Of a stretch of 32,000 nt of DNA, positions 6,390-15,235 are shown piece by piece. Every line of letters begins with the position of its first letter. The first letter of the stretch is position 1. The DNA is from Candidatus Moraniibacteriota bacterium. Its GTDB lineage: Bacteria > Patescibacteriota > Minisyncoccia > CAIUEV01. The stretch covers positions 1 through 32,000 of the forward strand of contig VGKB01000001.1 in NCBI GenBank assembly GCA_016867255.1, written 5' to 3'. The notes under the pieces were generated by a model that saw only the letters and a list, made by a program, of their open reading frames with translations, had not been told where the DNA came from and ran no database searches. Position numbers and translations under genes: made by a program.

Positions 6390-7235
6390 ATGCAACTCTC
6401 AATAATCATTCCCGTTTACTACGGTGAAAAAATATTTGAAAAATGCCTGAGTTCTTTATACCCGGATTGCAACGGAAGGTTGGAAAAAGACTGGGAAATT
6501 CTAGCTTTGAATAACGGGTTTGATCCCAAGCGTTGGGAAGAAATAAGAGCCCGCTTTCCGCGAGTGAAATTTTTCGGAGACGGCGGAAAGAACTTGGGAT
6601 TTGCCGCCGGCAACAATTTTCTGCTGAAGAAGGCCAAAGGGAAATACATCCTGATGCTTAATCAGGATGTATTTATCAAGCCGGGAGTAATTAAGAAGCT
6701 AGCTGACTTTCTAGAAAATAATTCCGATTATTCTTGCGTCTCACCTCAACTGCGCTATGGCAACGGTTCAATCCAATCAACCTGCCGGACTTTTCCTAAA
6801 GGATTTTGGTTTTTGTTAACTGACTTTGTGACCAGAGGTAAAGTATACCGGAATTATTATTCCCCCCGAAAAAGCCAGGAAGTGGATCAGCCGATGGCCA
6901 GTTGTCTATTATGGCGGGGAAATATTTTGAAAAAACTGGGTGGATTTGACGCTCACCCGCATTTCTTTCTGTATTTTAATGATGTTGACATAAGCTACAG
7001 GTTGAGCCAAATGGGAGGAAAGACCTATTTTTTATCTTCAGTCCATGCGGTTCATTTACATGGTCAAAGCGCTTATTCGCTAAAGGAGATAAAAAGACTT
7101 TATTTTTGGTGGAAGGGATTAGGAAGGTTTTGGTACAAAAAAGGAGATAACTTTTTTATTGCTTATTTTAAAGCTTTTTGGATTACTTTTTTTTCGGGAT
7201 TATCAAAGCTAATCAAGAGAATTGCCAGCGGTTAG
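6390..7235 (+). CDS. family 2 glycosyltransferase
   Basis: 281 aa. The N-terminal LSIIIPVYYGEKIFEKCLSSL and LNQDV (DxD-like) are typical of the GT2 GT-A fold. Confidence 0.85.
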   Translation: MQLSIIIPVYYGEKIFEKCLSSLYPDCNGRLEKDWEILALNNGFDPKRWEEIRARFPRVKFFGDGGKNLGFAAGNNFLLKKAKGKYILMLNQDVFIKPGVIKKLADFLENNSDYSCVSPQLRYGNGSIQSTCRTFPKGFWFLLTDFVTRGKVYRNYYSPRKSQEVDQPMASCLLWRGNILKKLGGFDAHPHFFLYFNDVDISYRLSQMGGKTYFLSSVHAVHLHGQSAYSLKEIKRLYFWWKGLGRFWYKKGDNFFIAYFKAFWITFFSGLSKLIKRIASG

Positions 7236-7355
7236 CCCGATTGGCTTTATTGATGATGTGAAACCGCTATAGCCGCATCCAGATACCTTTCCAGCTTTTT
7301 GCGGAAATTAAATTTGTGTAATAAGGTAGAAAACGCCCTCGTATTTTTGGGCATA

Positions 7356-7502
7356 AGAAACTGTAGACAATCATCCCACCTCTAAGGATGGGAGGGAAGG
7401 GTTCCCGAGGAATGTTCCAGCGTCACCAAAACATCCTTGTTCTAGGCACTCTCCCGAGACGATGTTTTTCCAAGAGATATCACCCCATTGTCTACAGATT
7501 CT
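7356..7502. repeat. 147-bp unit bounded by 16-bp inverted repeats (candidate structured RNA or MITE remnant)
   Basis: AGAAACTGTAGACAAT (7356-7371) and ATTGTCTACAGATTCT (7487-7502) are complementary at 15/16 positions. Internal pairings include AAAACATC/GATGTTTT and TCCCA/TGGGA. Confidence 0.5.
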
Positions 7503-7673
7503 TTTAGCCAAAATGCGGGGGCGTGGTTGTTTTCGGCCATTTTTTGTAGAACGTGTCATTAAAGCACCACTTTATGTTTTGTCAAGAATTTTTAGCCTTA
7601 AAATTCCAGGGTAAGACTTGAGACTTGCCTGCCAGAGACACTCTCCATAGGCGAGTTCGCCTTTGGCGAAAAA

Positions 7674-7702
7674 CATGAAACTTGAAACATGAAACTTGAA
7701 AC
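7674..7702 (-). repeat. 29-nt GTTTCAAG-type dispersed element, copy B
   Basis: On the plus strand this is a perfect tandem duplication of CATGAAACTTGAAA (7674-7687 and 7688-7701). The reverse complement is 26/29 identical to copy A. It overlaps the ruvX ATG. Confidence 0.8.
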
Positions 7703-8129
7703 ACAAAAGCAAAGGGAAAAAAATCAAAAAGAAAATTATCTCGGCATTGACTTTGGAACGAAAAAGATTGGTCTGGCGCTGGCTCCGAGAGGCGCTTTGG
7801 CGTTAAAGTTTTTAGTTATACCCAACGATAAAGATCTTTTCTTTAAGCTCAGTCAAATTGTTGAAGAGCACGCCATCAACTTCGTTGTGGTTGGAAAACC
7901 GCTTAATATGGACGGTGCCGAATCAAAACTGGGGAGCGAAGTAGAGAATTTTGTGGGGAAACTAGAAGAGATTATCCCAACTCCAATCGTCACCTATGAC
8001 GAAAGATTTTCTACAGGAGAAGCCAAAAGAAATCTTCCGAAGGAAAATCTGGAAGATGCTGAAGCGGCAAGAATAATTCTCCAAGGGTATCTGGATAATA
8101 TCCAAGCTCAAAATCCCAATATCAAATAA
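7689..8129 (+). CDS. ruvX: RuvX/YqgF Holliday-junction-resolvase-like nuclease (pre-16S rRNA processing)
   Basis: 146 aa with YLGIDFGTKKIGLALA, the YqgF N-terminal motif. The first 6 codons (MKLETQ) are encoded by the 29-nt repeat. Confidence 0.85.
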   Translation: MKLETQKQREKNQKENYLGIDFGTKKIGLALAPRGALALKFLVIPNDKDLFFKLSQIVEEHAINFVVVGKPLNMDGAESKLGSEVENFVGKLEEIIPTPIVTYDERFSTGEAKRNLPKENLEDAEAARIILQGYLDNIQAQNPNIK

Positions 8130-8317
8130 AATCCTTAAACCCCAAGTCTTAATTATTTCCCGACAGGGATTTGGGAATTTTCTAAAACGGTGTTATTTTA
8201 AAAAAGAAGGAAAAGTTAATTTAAAATCCATCAAAGCCGAAAAACCCTTTCTTTATCGCGTATCGCATAAGACGGCTAACCTTGGGTAAAATGGTTTTTG
8301 CCCTTAGGTTGTAATTG

Positions 8318-8349
8318 CTCTGCCCCGTCATTGGACAGCAGAGTTTTTT
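8318..8349 (+). terminator. terminator-like hairpin 19 nt upstream of the nrdD start; either an attenuator or a distal ruvX terminator
   Basis: CTCTGC-N14-GCAGAG is followed by TTTTTT. Confidence 0.5.
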
Positions 8350-8367
8350 GTACCAAATTTTATTTTA

Positions 8368-10398
8368 ATGCCCGACGAAACTAAAACTGATACCAAAACT
8401 AAACAATCTGCTCTTAACTTGGATCTTAGTTCTGATGTGACTGACAAAGCGCTATTTGTCCGAACCAGCGAGGACGAGTTGGAGAAGTGGGATATTTCCC
8501 GAATCACCGACAGCATTGCGAAAGAGACTGGCATTAGTCAGCGGATCGCCGCGGAAATCGCTCAAGAAGTAGAGAGCCAAATCTTTGAAGGCAAGATAAA
8601 ATTTATCACCGCCCGCCTTATTCGGGAACTGGTCTTGGGCCAGCTTTTGGATCGGGGGTTGGAAGAAGCTCATAAACGTTACAGCCGTTTGGGTTTTCCA
8701 ATTTATGACGTCCAGCAGATTATTGAAAATGAAACCAACAAAGATAATGCTAATGTGCCCCACGGTCCCGAAGCCACCAACTTGACTTTAGCCGAAGGCA
8801 TAAAGAAAGAATATGCGCTGCTGCGGGTTTTTTCGCCGGACGTAAGCGATGCTCACGCTCGCGGGGACATTCACTTGCACGATCTGGGAATGATTGATCG
8901 GCCATACTGCTCCGGCCAGTCATTGGAATATGTCAAAAAATACGGATTGGATCTTACCTCTTCCCTTTCCCAAGCTAAGCCGGCTAAACATCCAGAAGTG
9001 TTGATCGCCCATCTTATTAAACTCTCCGCGGCGCTCCAATGCCATTTTTCCGGCGCGATTGGCTGGGACGCGGTGAATATTTTTCTAGCTCCTTATCTTG
9101 AGGGACGGGATGAAAAATCCATAAAACAGCTGGCCCAAGTCTTGATTTATGAATTTTCCCAACAGGCGGTGGCGCGGGGAGGGCAGGCAATTTTTTCCGA
9201 CATCAATCTTTACTGGGAAATTCCCAGCCACTTTGAAGATGTTCCCGCCATTGGGCCGGGCGGGAAATATACCGGCAAAACTTATAAGGAATATTTGAAA
9301 GAATCTCAAGCTTTCTTCAGAGGGCTTTTTGAAGTTTATCTGGAAGGCGACGGTTCAGGACGCCCCTTTTTCTTCCCCAAGCCCTTAGTGCACATTACGG
9401 AAAAGTTTTTCCAGGCCCCCGGGCACGAAGAATGCTTGGAAATGCTTTCCCGGGTAGCGGCGGAGAAAGGCAACACTTATTTTGTTTTTGATCGGAGAAA
9501 CGAAGCTAAGATTTCCGAATGCTGTCGGTTGTCTTTTAAACTGGAAAAAAGCGATATTGAAGACGCTAAAAAGCCATGGCGCATGCGTTATTCCGCCTTG
9601 CAGAATATTTCTCTTAATTTGCCGCGCATTGCTTATCGAGCGGGCGGCAACGATGAGGTTTTGTTTAGTTACTTAAAAAACATGATGGAGACAGCCGTGA
9701 AGGCCCACCGCCAGAAAAGGGTTTTTCTTGAACATCTGCTTAAGAAGGGATCCGACGGTCCACTTGGGCTTCTGGCAATCAAAAAACCGGACGACGAACA
9801 TCCCTACTTGCGCTTGCATCGCGTGACCCATCTTATTGGCATTGTGGGGCTTAATGAGATGGTGCAATACCACTTAGGGGAAGAGTTGCATGAAGGAAGA
9901 CAAGCCGTTAAATTTGGACTCAAGGTGATTGCTTACCTCAAGCTTCTTTGTGAAAAACTTTCGGCGCGTTACGGCATCCGCCTAGTTTTGGAGCAGACGC
10001 CGGCCGAGACTACCGCCTACCGTTTTGCCAAACTGGATCTCCGCTGGTATAGCCGGGCAGCCCGAAGCGTTGCTAAAGGAAATTTAACAAAGGGCGAAGT
10101 TTATTACACCAATTCAACCCAAATCAATGTGGGCGCGGAATTTGATCCATTGGAACGCATTCGTCGGGAGGGATTATTCCATCCGTTGATTGAAGCGGGC
10201 GCGCTTACCCACATTTGGCTGGGTGAATCTCGTCCGCCTGCCAAAGGTATCGCGGCTTTGGTGGAAAAAAGTTTCCGCTTGACGGAAAATGCCCAGGTGG
10301 CTTTCTCTCCGGAGTTTATCTATTGCGATGATTGTGGATTCATTAAGCGTGGCACCTTGCGAGAAGGCAGTCAAGAGCCGCTGCTGCCGGAAAAATAA
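8368..10398 (+). CDS. nrdD: anaerobic (class III) ribonucleoside-triphosphate reductase, C-terminally short
   Basis: 676 aa with an N-terminal ATP-cone-like segment, the ECCRL finger-loop cysteine and the first zinc-ribbon pair CDDCG. The ORF ends 20 aa later, without a second CxxC or an RxxGY glycyl-radical motif. Confidence 0.85.
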   Translation: MPDETKTDTKTKQSALNLDLSSDVTDKALFVRTSEDELEKWDISRITDSIAKETGISQRIAAEIAQEVESQIFEGKIKFITARLIRELVLGQLLDRGLEEAHKRYSRLGFPIYDVQQIIENETNKDNANVPHGPEATNLTLAEGIKKEYALLRVFSPDVSDAHARGDIHLHDLGMIDRPYCSGQSLEYVKKYGLDLTSSLSQAKPAKHPEVLIAHLIKLSAALQCHFSGAIGWDAVNIFLAPYLEGRDEKSIKQLAQVLIYEFSQQAVARGGQAIFSDINLYWEIPSHFEDVPAIGPGGKYTGKTYKEYLKESQAFFRGLFEVYLEGDGSGRPFFFPKPLVHITEKFFQAPGHEECLEMLSRVAAEKGNTYFVFDRRNEAKISECCRLSFKLEKSDIEDAKKPWRMRYSALQNISLNLPRIAYRAGGNDEVLFSYLKNMMETAVKAHRQKRVFLEHLLKKGSDGPLGLLAIKKPDDEHPYLRLHRVTHLIGIVGLNEMVQYHLGEELHEGRQAVKFGLKVIAYLKLLCEKLSARYGIRLVLEQTPAETTAYRFAKLDLRWYSRAARSVAKGNLTKGEVYYTNSTQINVGAEFDPLERIRREGLFHPLIEAGALTHIWLGESRPPAKGIAALVEKSFRLTENAQVAFSPEFIYCDDCGFIKRGTLREGSQEPLLPEK

Positions 10399-10611
10399 GC
10401 TAGTCTGTTGTCGTTTTTAGTTTAAGTTTCGCAACCATCTTAATCCGTTTTTTAAACGGGACTATTTCTTCTGTAAAAACATTCGAATCTTCCTGGATCT
10501 TCCAGTCCCCCGACTAGATCGGGGGCTGAGGATGACAATAAAAATTTACAAATCGCAATATAAGTGGTAGTTATTACTTAAAATCTACTTTTTTAAACCA
10601 ATTGCTTGCCA

Positions 10612-13600
10612 ATGAAAAAATATAATCCGGCGAAAATTGAGCCGAAATGGCAAAAATTTTGGGAGAAAAACCCTAAGCTTTATGCTGCCGAGGACGGAAG
10701 CCGAAAGCGCAAATTCTACTGCCTTTCAATGTTCCCCTACCCCTCCGGCGAGGGCTTGCACGTGGGCCACGCGGAATCTTACACGGCCACTGATATTTAC
10801 GCCCGTATGAAAAGGATGCAGGGGTTTAACGTGCTTTATCCCATTGGCTGGGACGCCTTTGGGCTGCCGGCGGAAAATTATGCCATAAAAATCAAAACTC
10901 ATCCGGCCGAATCAACCGAAAAAAGCATCAAGAATTATACCCGGCAGCTTAACGCGCTTGGTTTGAGCTATGACTGGAGCCGGGAAATTGACAGCTCCTC
11001 TCCCGAATACTATCGTTTTACCCAGTGGTTTTTTTTGTTGCTTTACAAACAGGGGTTGGCTTATCGGCAGAAGGCCCGGGCCAACTGGTGTCCCAGCTGC
11101 CGGACTACTCTTGCTAACGAGCAGGTAGTGGCGGGGCGTTGTGAAAGATGCGAGTCACTGGTTATCCAAAAAAAGCTGGATCAATGGTTTTTTAAAATCA
11201 CTAAGTACGCCGACCAGTTACTTGCGGACCTTGTGAAAGTTGACTGGCCGGAGAGCATCAAGGAAATTCAGAGAAACTGGATTGGCCGCAGCAGAGGAAT
11301 GGAACTAATATTTGAACTTAAGAAAGTAACCTCCAAGGAAGAGAAATTTTTTTCCGATTCGGAAAAAAATAATCTTGAAATTGCGGCGAAACTGCAAAAT
11401 ATCCCCACAGCGGCTCGGGTAAAAGTTTTTACTACCCGGCCCGACACCATTTTTGGCGCGACTTTTATGGTACTGGCGCCGGACGGAGAATCCTTGAAAC
11501 AATTGTACAAATTAGCCGCCAATAAAAACAAAATAAAGGCTTATCGGTTAGGCGCTTTGAGAAAAAACGAAATGCAACGCACCCAACTCAACCGGGAGAA
11601 AACCGGAATTCCTTTACGGGGGCTTATAGCGGTTAACCCGGTAAGCGGCCGGCCAATCCCCGTCTGGGTGGGCGATTATGTAATGGGCGACTACGGCAGC
11701 GGCGCGATTATGGCAGTACCCGCTCACGACGAGCGCGATTTTGAATTTGCTATGCGGCATAACTTACCGGTGGAAAGGGTGATTTACCAGGAGAAAAAAT
11801 ATTGGGCTTTCTTAAATCTTTCTTTTTTGAGAAACAGCCGCAAGGTTTTGGAAACGTTGAAGGATAGATATCCGCTTCAAGCACTAAACATTATTGGTAA
11901 AGGGTACCGAGTGTCTCCCGTAAAAACTCAAAAATCCAAATTGCCTTATGGGATAGCGGTGGAAATGAACGGTGCAAATGAGGTGGGGGAATACATTAAA
12001 ATTATTCAGCCGGAACTTAAAGCAAACTTTTGGAGTGAGATAGCCGGCGGGAAATATTTACAGTTTGTTTTTGCCAAAGAGGTCGTAAGGGATAATTCCG
12101 AAGAAGAAAAGAAAAAACTGCAGCATTGCCTTAAAAATGCGGTTAAACTTCTCTCCGGAAGAAACAGCTTTGATCCTCGTTTAAATCTCGTAAAAAAGGT
12201 CATTGGGGAGAAAGATTTTTACGCCGATTATATTTTTTGGACGATTCCAGTCACGGCTCTGCGGGCAGCCGTTTGCTATGCGGAGAAAAGCGGCCGTGTC
12301 TTTAACTCTCCTTTAATAAATGGAGTTAGCGTGGAAAAGGGGTGGGAGCGAATTTGCAAATGGGCAAGGGAGAGAAATATTGGCCGGGGGATAGTCAACT
12401 ACCGTCTCCGGGATTGGTTAGTTTCCCGCCAGCGTTATTGGGGGGCTCCAATCCCGATAATTTATTGCGCGAAATGCGGCACGGTGCCGGTGCCGGAGAA
12501 AGATTTGCCGGTGGAATTACCTAGGGAGGTAGATTTCGTGCCAACCGGAGAATCTCCCTTGAAAAACCTAAAGAGTTTTTATCAAACCAAATGCCCCAAA
12601 TGTGGTGGGGAAGCCAGGAGAGAGGTTGACACTATGGATACCTTCGTTTGCTCCAGTTGGTACTATTATCGTTATCTGGACCCGAAGAACGATAAGGAAT
12701 TCGCCGGCCAGGACAAAATTCGGCGGTTTATGCCGGTAGATCTTTACGTTGGCGGTGTGGAGCACGCCGTTTTGCATCTGCTTTATTCAAGGTTTTTTAC
12801 CAAATTTTTGCGAGATACCGGCTATGTGGACTTTCCGGAGCCTTTCTTGAAGTTGCGCAACCAGGGAATTGTTTTAGGGCCTGACCACAACAAGATGTCC
12901 AAAAGCAAAGGTAATGTAATCAATCCCGATCAGATTATAGCGGAACTGGGCGCCGATACCCTGCGCCTTTATGAGATGTTCATGGGCCCTCTGGAGGAGA
13001 TGAAACCTTGGGATCCCAAAGGGATAATGGGAGTGCGCCGTTTTTTGGAAAAAGTATGGGAGATGCAAGGAAAAGTACAAAGTGTAAAGCATGCCCCGTA
13101 CTTTGATACGAGGTACAAAGTACAAAGCCAAGAGTCTGGAGATACGGTAAATAATAACTTAAAGATCAAGAAAATATTACACCAGACGATAAAAAAAGTG
13201 ACGGATGACATTGAGGCGTTGGCTTTTAACACGGCGATCAGCCAGATGATGATTCTGGTGAATGAATGGCGGGCGGAGAAAGAAATTGACCGCTCCGAGT
13301 TTGAGTTATTTTTGCGGATTTTAGCTCCCTTCGCGCCTCACTTGGCTGAGGAAATTTGGGAAGAGCTAGGCAATAAAAACAGTATTTTCGCTGCGGAATG
13401 GCCTCGGCCGCAAGAGAAATTTTTGGTTACTGACGAGGTAACGCTGGTCGTTCAAATTAACGGCAAAAAAAGAGACGCGATAAAGATATCTCCCAATATT
13501 ACGGAAGCGGAAGCGAAAAAGATTGTCTTGGCACTTCCCAGAATAAAAGATTACTTGGGCGGTAAAATACTGCGCCGCTGGGTTTATATTCCCGGGAAAA

Positions 13601-13620
13601 TTGTGAACATTGTTACGTGA
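10612..13620 (+). CDS. leuS: leucine--tRNA ligase with a large insertion
   Basis: HVGH (HIGH) and KMSKS motifs, CP1 editing motifs TTRPDT and AHDERDFEFA, and RLRDWLVSRQRYWG. The ORF track starts at TTG 10606; ATG 10612 (MKKYNPAKIEPKWQKFW) fits the family N-terminus. Confidence 0.95.
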   Translation: MKKYNPAKIEPKWQKFWEKNPKLYAAEDGSRKRKFYCLSMFPYPSGEGLHVGHAESYTATDIYARMKRMQGFNVLYPIGWDAFGLPAENYAIKIKTHPAESTEKSIKNYTRQLNALGLSYDWSREIDSSSPEYYRFTQWFFLLLYKQGLAYRQKARANWCPSCRTTLANEQVVAGRCERCESLVIQKKLDQWFFKITKYADQLLADLVKVDWPESIKEIQRNWIGRSRGMELIFELKKVTSKEEKFFSDSEKNNLEIAAKLQNIPTAARVKVFTTRPDTIFGATFMVLAPDGESLKQLYKLAANKNKIKAYRLGALRKNEMQRTQLNREKTGIPLRGLIAVNPVSGRPIPVWVGDYVMGDYGSGAIMAVPAHDERDFEFAMRHNLPVERVIYQEKKYWAFLNLSFLRNSRKVLETLKDRYPLQALNIIGKGYRVSPVKTQKSKLPYGIAVEMNGANEVGEYIKIIQPELKANFWSEIAGGKYLQFVFAKEVVRDNSEEEKKKLQHCLKNAVKLLSGRNSFDPRLNLVKKVIGEKDFYADYIFWTIPVTALRAAVCYAEKSGRVFNSPLINGVSVEKGWERICKWARERNIGRGIVNYRLRDWLVSRQRYWGAPIPIIYCAKCGTVPVPEKDLPVELPREVDFVPTGESPLKNLKSFYQTKCPKCGGEARREVDTMDTFVCSSWYYYRYLDPKNDKEFAGQDKIRRFMPVDLYVGGVEHAVLHLLYSRFFTKFLRDTGYVDFPEPFLKLRNQGIVLGPDHNKMSKSKGNVINPDQIIAELGADTLRLYEMFMGPLEEMKPWDPKGIMGVRRFLEKVWEMQGKVQSVKHAPYFDTRYKVQSQESGDTVNNNLKIKKILHQTIKKVTDDIEALAFNTAISQMMILVNEWRAEKEIDRSEFELFLRILAPFAPHLAEEIWEELGNKNSIFAAEWPRPQEKFLVTDEVTLVVQINGKKRDAIKISPNITEAEAKKIVLALPRIKDYLGGKILRRWVYIPGKIVNIVT

Positions 13621-13683
13621 TGGGATGTGAAGAAATGAGATGGAACAAGAGGAGGTGTTTTTCTTGTTTTATTATATTCTGAT

Positions 13684-13840
13684 GGTTACAAAACTCCCCC
13701 TTTTAATTTTTTTGTGGGACGCCCGCCTGCGCCGATCTGCCTGCCGGCAGGCAGGGGCTTCGGCGGGCAGGTCGCCTGCGAGGCATTAACTGCAATGCGA
13801 GCTAGATACAAAAAAATTAAAAAAGTTGAGTTTTGTAACT
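13684..13840 (-). mobile_element. 157-bp MITE-like hairpin element, copy B (inverted relative to copy A)
   Basis: The reverse complement matches 6204-6360 at 150/157 positions. It lies between the convergent leuS and 13854-14399 genes. Confidence 0.8.
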
Positions 13841-13853
13841 ATCTAATTTAGTT

Positions 13854-14399
13854 TTATCTTTCTTTCGCTGAGGCAGTTTCCAGAGGAGGATAAAATAACT
13901 TGGAAGAGTCAAAGGCAAATGCGTAAGCCCAGGGAATGTTGCTCTCTTTGGGGTTTATCCTGACGGCGCGAAAGGGATAATATTTTCTGATTCTTTTTGA
14001 TTCTCCTTGATATTCCAGTTTCCCGTTTTCGTACAAAAAAGAGAGGTTTTTTATTTCACGATTTTTAACGAAAAAAGACGGGCTGCGGGTTGTCTGGCCT
14101 TTTACGCCAATCTCAATGTTAACGGATTGGCCGGGGAAAATATTTTCAAAACTGCCGTATCTCCCCAACGCATTTTCTTGCGGAATGTTTTTTACGAAAA
14201 TTTGGGCGGACACGTCACTGTCTTTGTTAACTCCTTTTACCGTATAAAAAACTAAAGGCCCGGACTGGTCCGGGTCTTCTTTTTTATCTATTTTCCACCA
14301 GTCTTCTCTTTCAAAGTAACGCATTCCCCCGAGGATGATCGTTGTTACGATCAATGAACTTAAAACACTCTTCCAAATGTCCTCAATCAGTTTGTCCAT
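13854..14399 (-). CDS. hypothetical membrane-anchored protein
   Basis: 181-aa ORF with one N-terminal TM helix. No family recognised. Confidence 0.5.
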   Translation of the reverse strand: MDKLIEDIWKSVLSSLIVTTIILGGMRYFEREDWWKIDKKEDPDQSGPLVFYTVKGVNKDSDVSAQIFVKNIPQENALGRYGSFENIFPGQSVNIEIGVKGQTTRSPSFFVKNREIKNLSFLYENGKLEYQGESKRIRKYYPFRAVRINPKESNIPWAYAFAFDSSKLFYPPLETASAKER

Positions 14400-14529
14400 A
14401 GGCGGGGGAAATAATTATTCCTCTTTTTATTTTAAAGAGGATTTTATTTTTAGGCAAAACTAGAAAATATTTTCCATTTTTTCCTCATTAATAAAGCATA
14501 TTTTAAAAAATTCATCTAATTTACACCGC

Positions 14530-15201
14530 TTACATTCCCGCCATGGCAGGAGTTTTAAGCACGTCAATTATCTTTCCGTTGATGATAAAATTATCCTCCC
14601 GGGTCAAATAGATGGGCTTGTGAATTTTTTCGGAAGATTGAGGGAAGAGCCCAATAGTGGATTGGTCCACGCGAAAAAAATTTTTGATAGTGGCCAATCC
14701 GTCTATGGTGGCTAACACCTTGTCGCCGTTGCCGTAGTCTTGAGAACGCGAATCCACCAAGGCGTAATCGCCGTCCTCAATCCGCTTGTCGTTTATTTTT
14801 GCCATGTCCATGGAATTACCGAAAACCTGAATGGCAAAAATAGCGTCAGTGACTCTTTTGGTGATTAGCCGGCGGGAAATTTTGAGGTACCCTTCAATGT
14901 TTTCTTGGGCGAAGAAGGTGGGACTGCCGGCATTGGCGGTACCAAGGATCGGGACGGAAATAAATTTGTTTTTATTAATGTCGCACAATATTATACCTCG
15001 GTCTTCGGAATTTCTTTTAATAAATCCCTTATCTTCAAGGGAACGCAAATACAAAAAAATGCTGGCTAAGCTTTTGACTTTTATCCCCGCCTTTCCTGCC
15101 CCCCGTAAAATTTCCCGGATGGTAGGCATTTTGTTTTTCTTGGCGAAATATTTTTTTATGGTTGTGAGAACAACTTCTTCTTTTTTGGTTAATAGTTGCA
15201 T
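14530..15201 (-). CDS. lexA: LexA-type repressor (wHTH plus S24 peptidase)
   Basis: wHTH segment MPTIREILRGAG...LRSLEDKGFIKR, an Ala-Gly site in GTANAGSP, a Ser in FGNSM and a Lys in ATIKNF. The start is placed at ATG 15201 (MQLLTKKEEVV). The ORF-track TTG at 15249 adds 16 codons encoded by the 29-nt repeat. Confidence 0.8.
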   Translation of the reverse strand: MQLLTKKEEVVLTTIKKYFAKKNKMPTIREILRGAGKAGIKVKSLASIFLYLRSLEDKGFIKRNSEDRGIILCDINKNKFISVPILGTANAGSPTFFAQENIEGYLKISRRLITKRVTDAIFAIQVFGNSMDMAKINDKRIEDGDYALVDSRSQDYGNGDKVLATIDGLATIKNFFRVDQSTIGLFPQSSEKIHKPIYLTREDNFIINGKIIDVLKTPAMAGM

Positions 15202-15235
15202 TGTTTTATTTTCACTTATAAGGATTTTTTCTTGA

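Noticed and set aside
7371-7559. 62-aa minus-strand ORF as a transposase or integrase fragment
   Set aside because: It has no RBS and no recognisable catalytic motif, and it spans the inverted-repeat structure. It is treated as non-coding.
8130-8367. Cobalamin riboswitch or NrdR boxes upstream of nrdD
   Set aside because: No B12-box-like sequence and no paired 16-bp NrdR palindromes are visible. Only a generic terminator-like hairpin is reported.
10399-10611. T-box leader upstream of leuS
   Set aside because: There is no AAUUAGGGUGGUACCGCG-like T-box sequence or specifier-loop architecture. Only two short hairpins are present (CTGGA/TCCAG and CCCCCGA/TCGGGGG), without U-tails.
11785-12290. 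Intein within LeuRS
   Set aside because: The insert does not begin with Cys/Ser/Thr in a splice-junction context or end in His-Asn followed by a nucleophile. It also lacks homing-endonuclease motifs.
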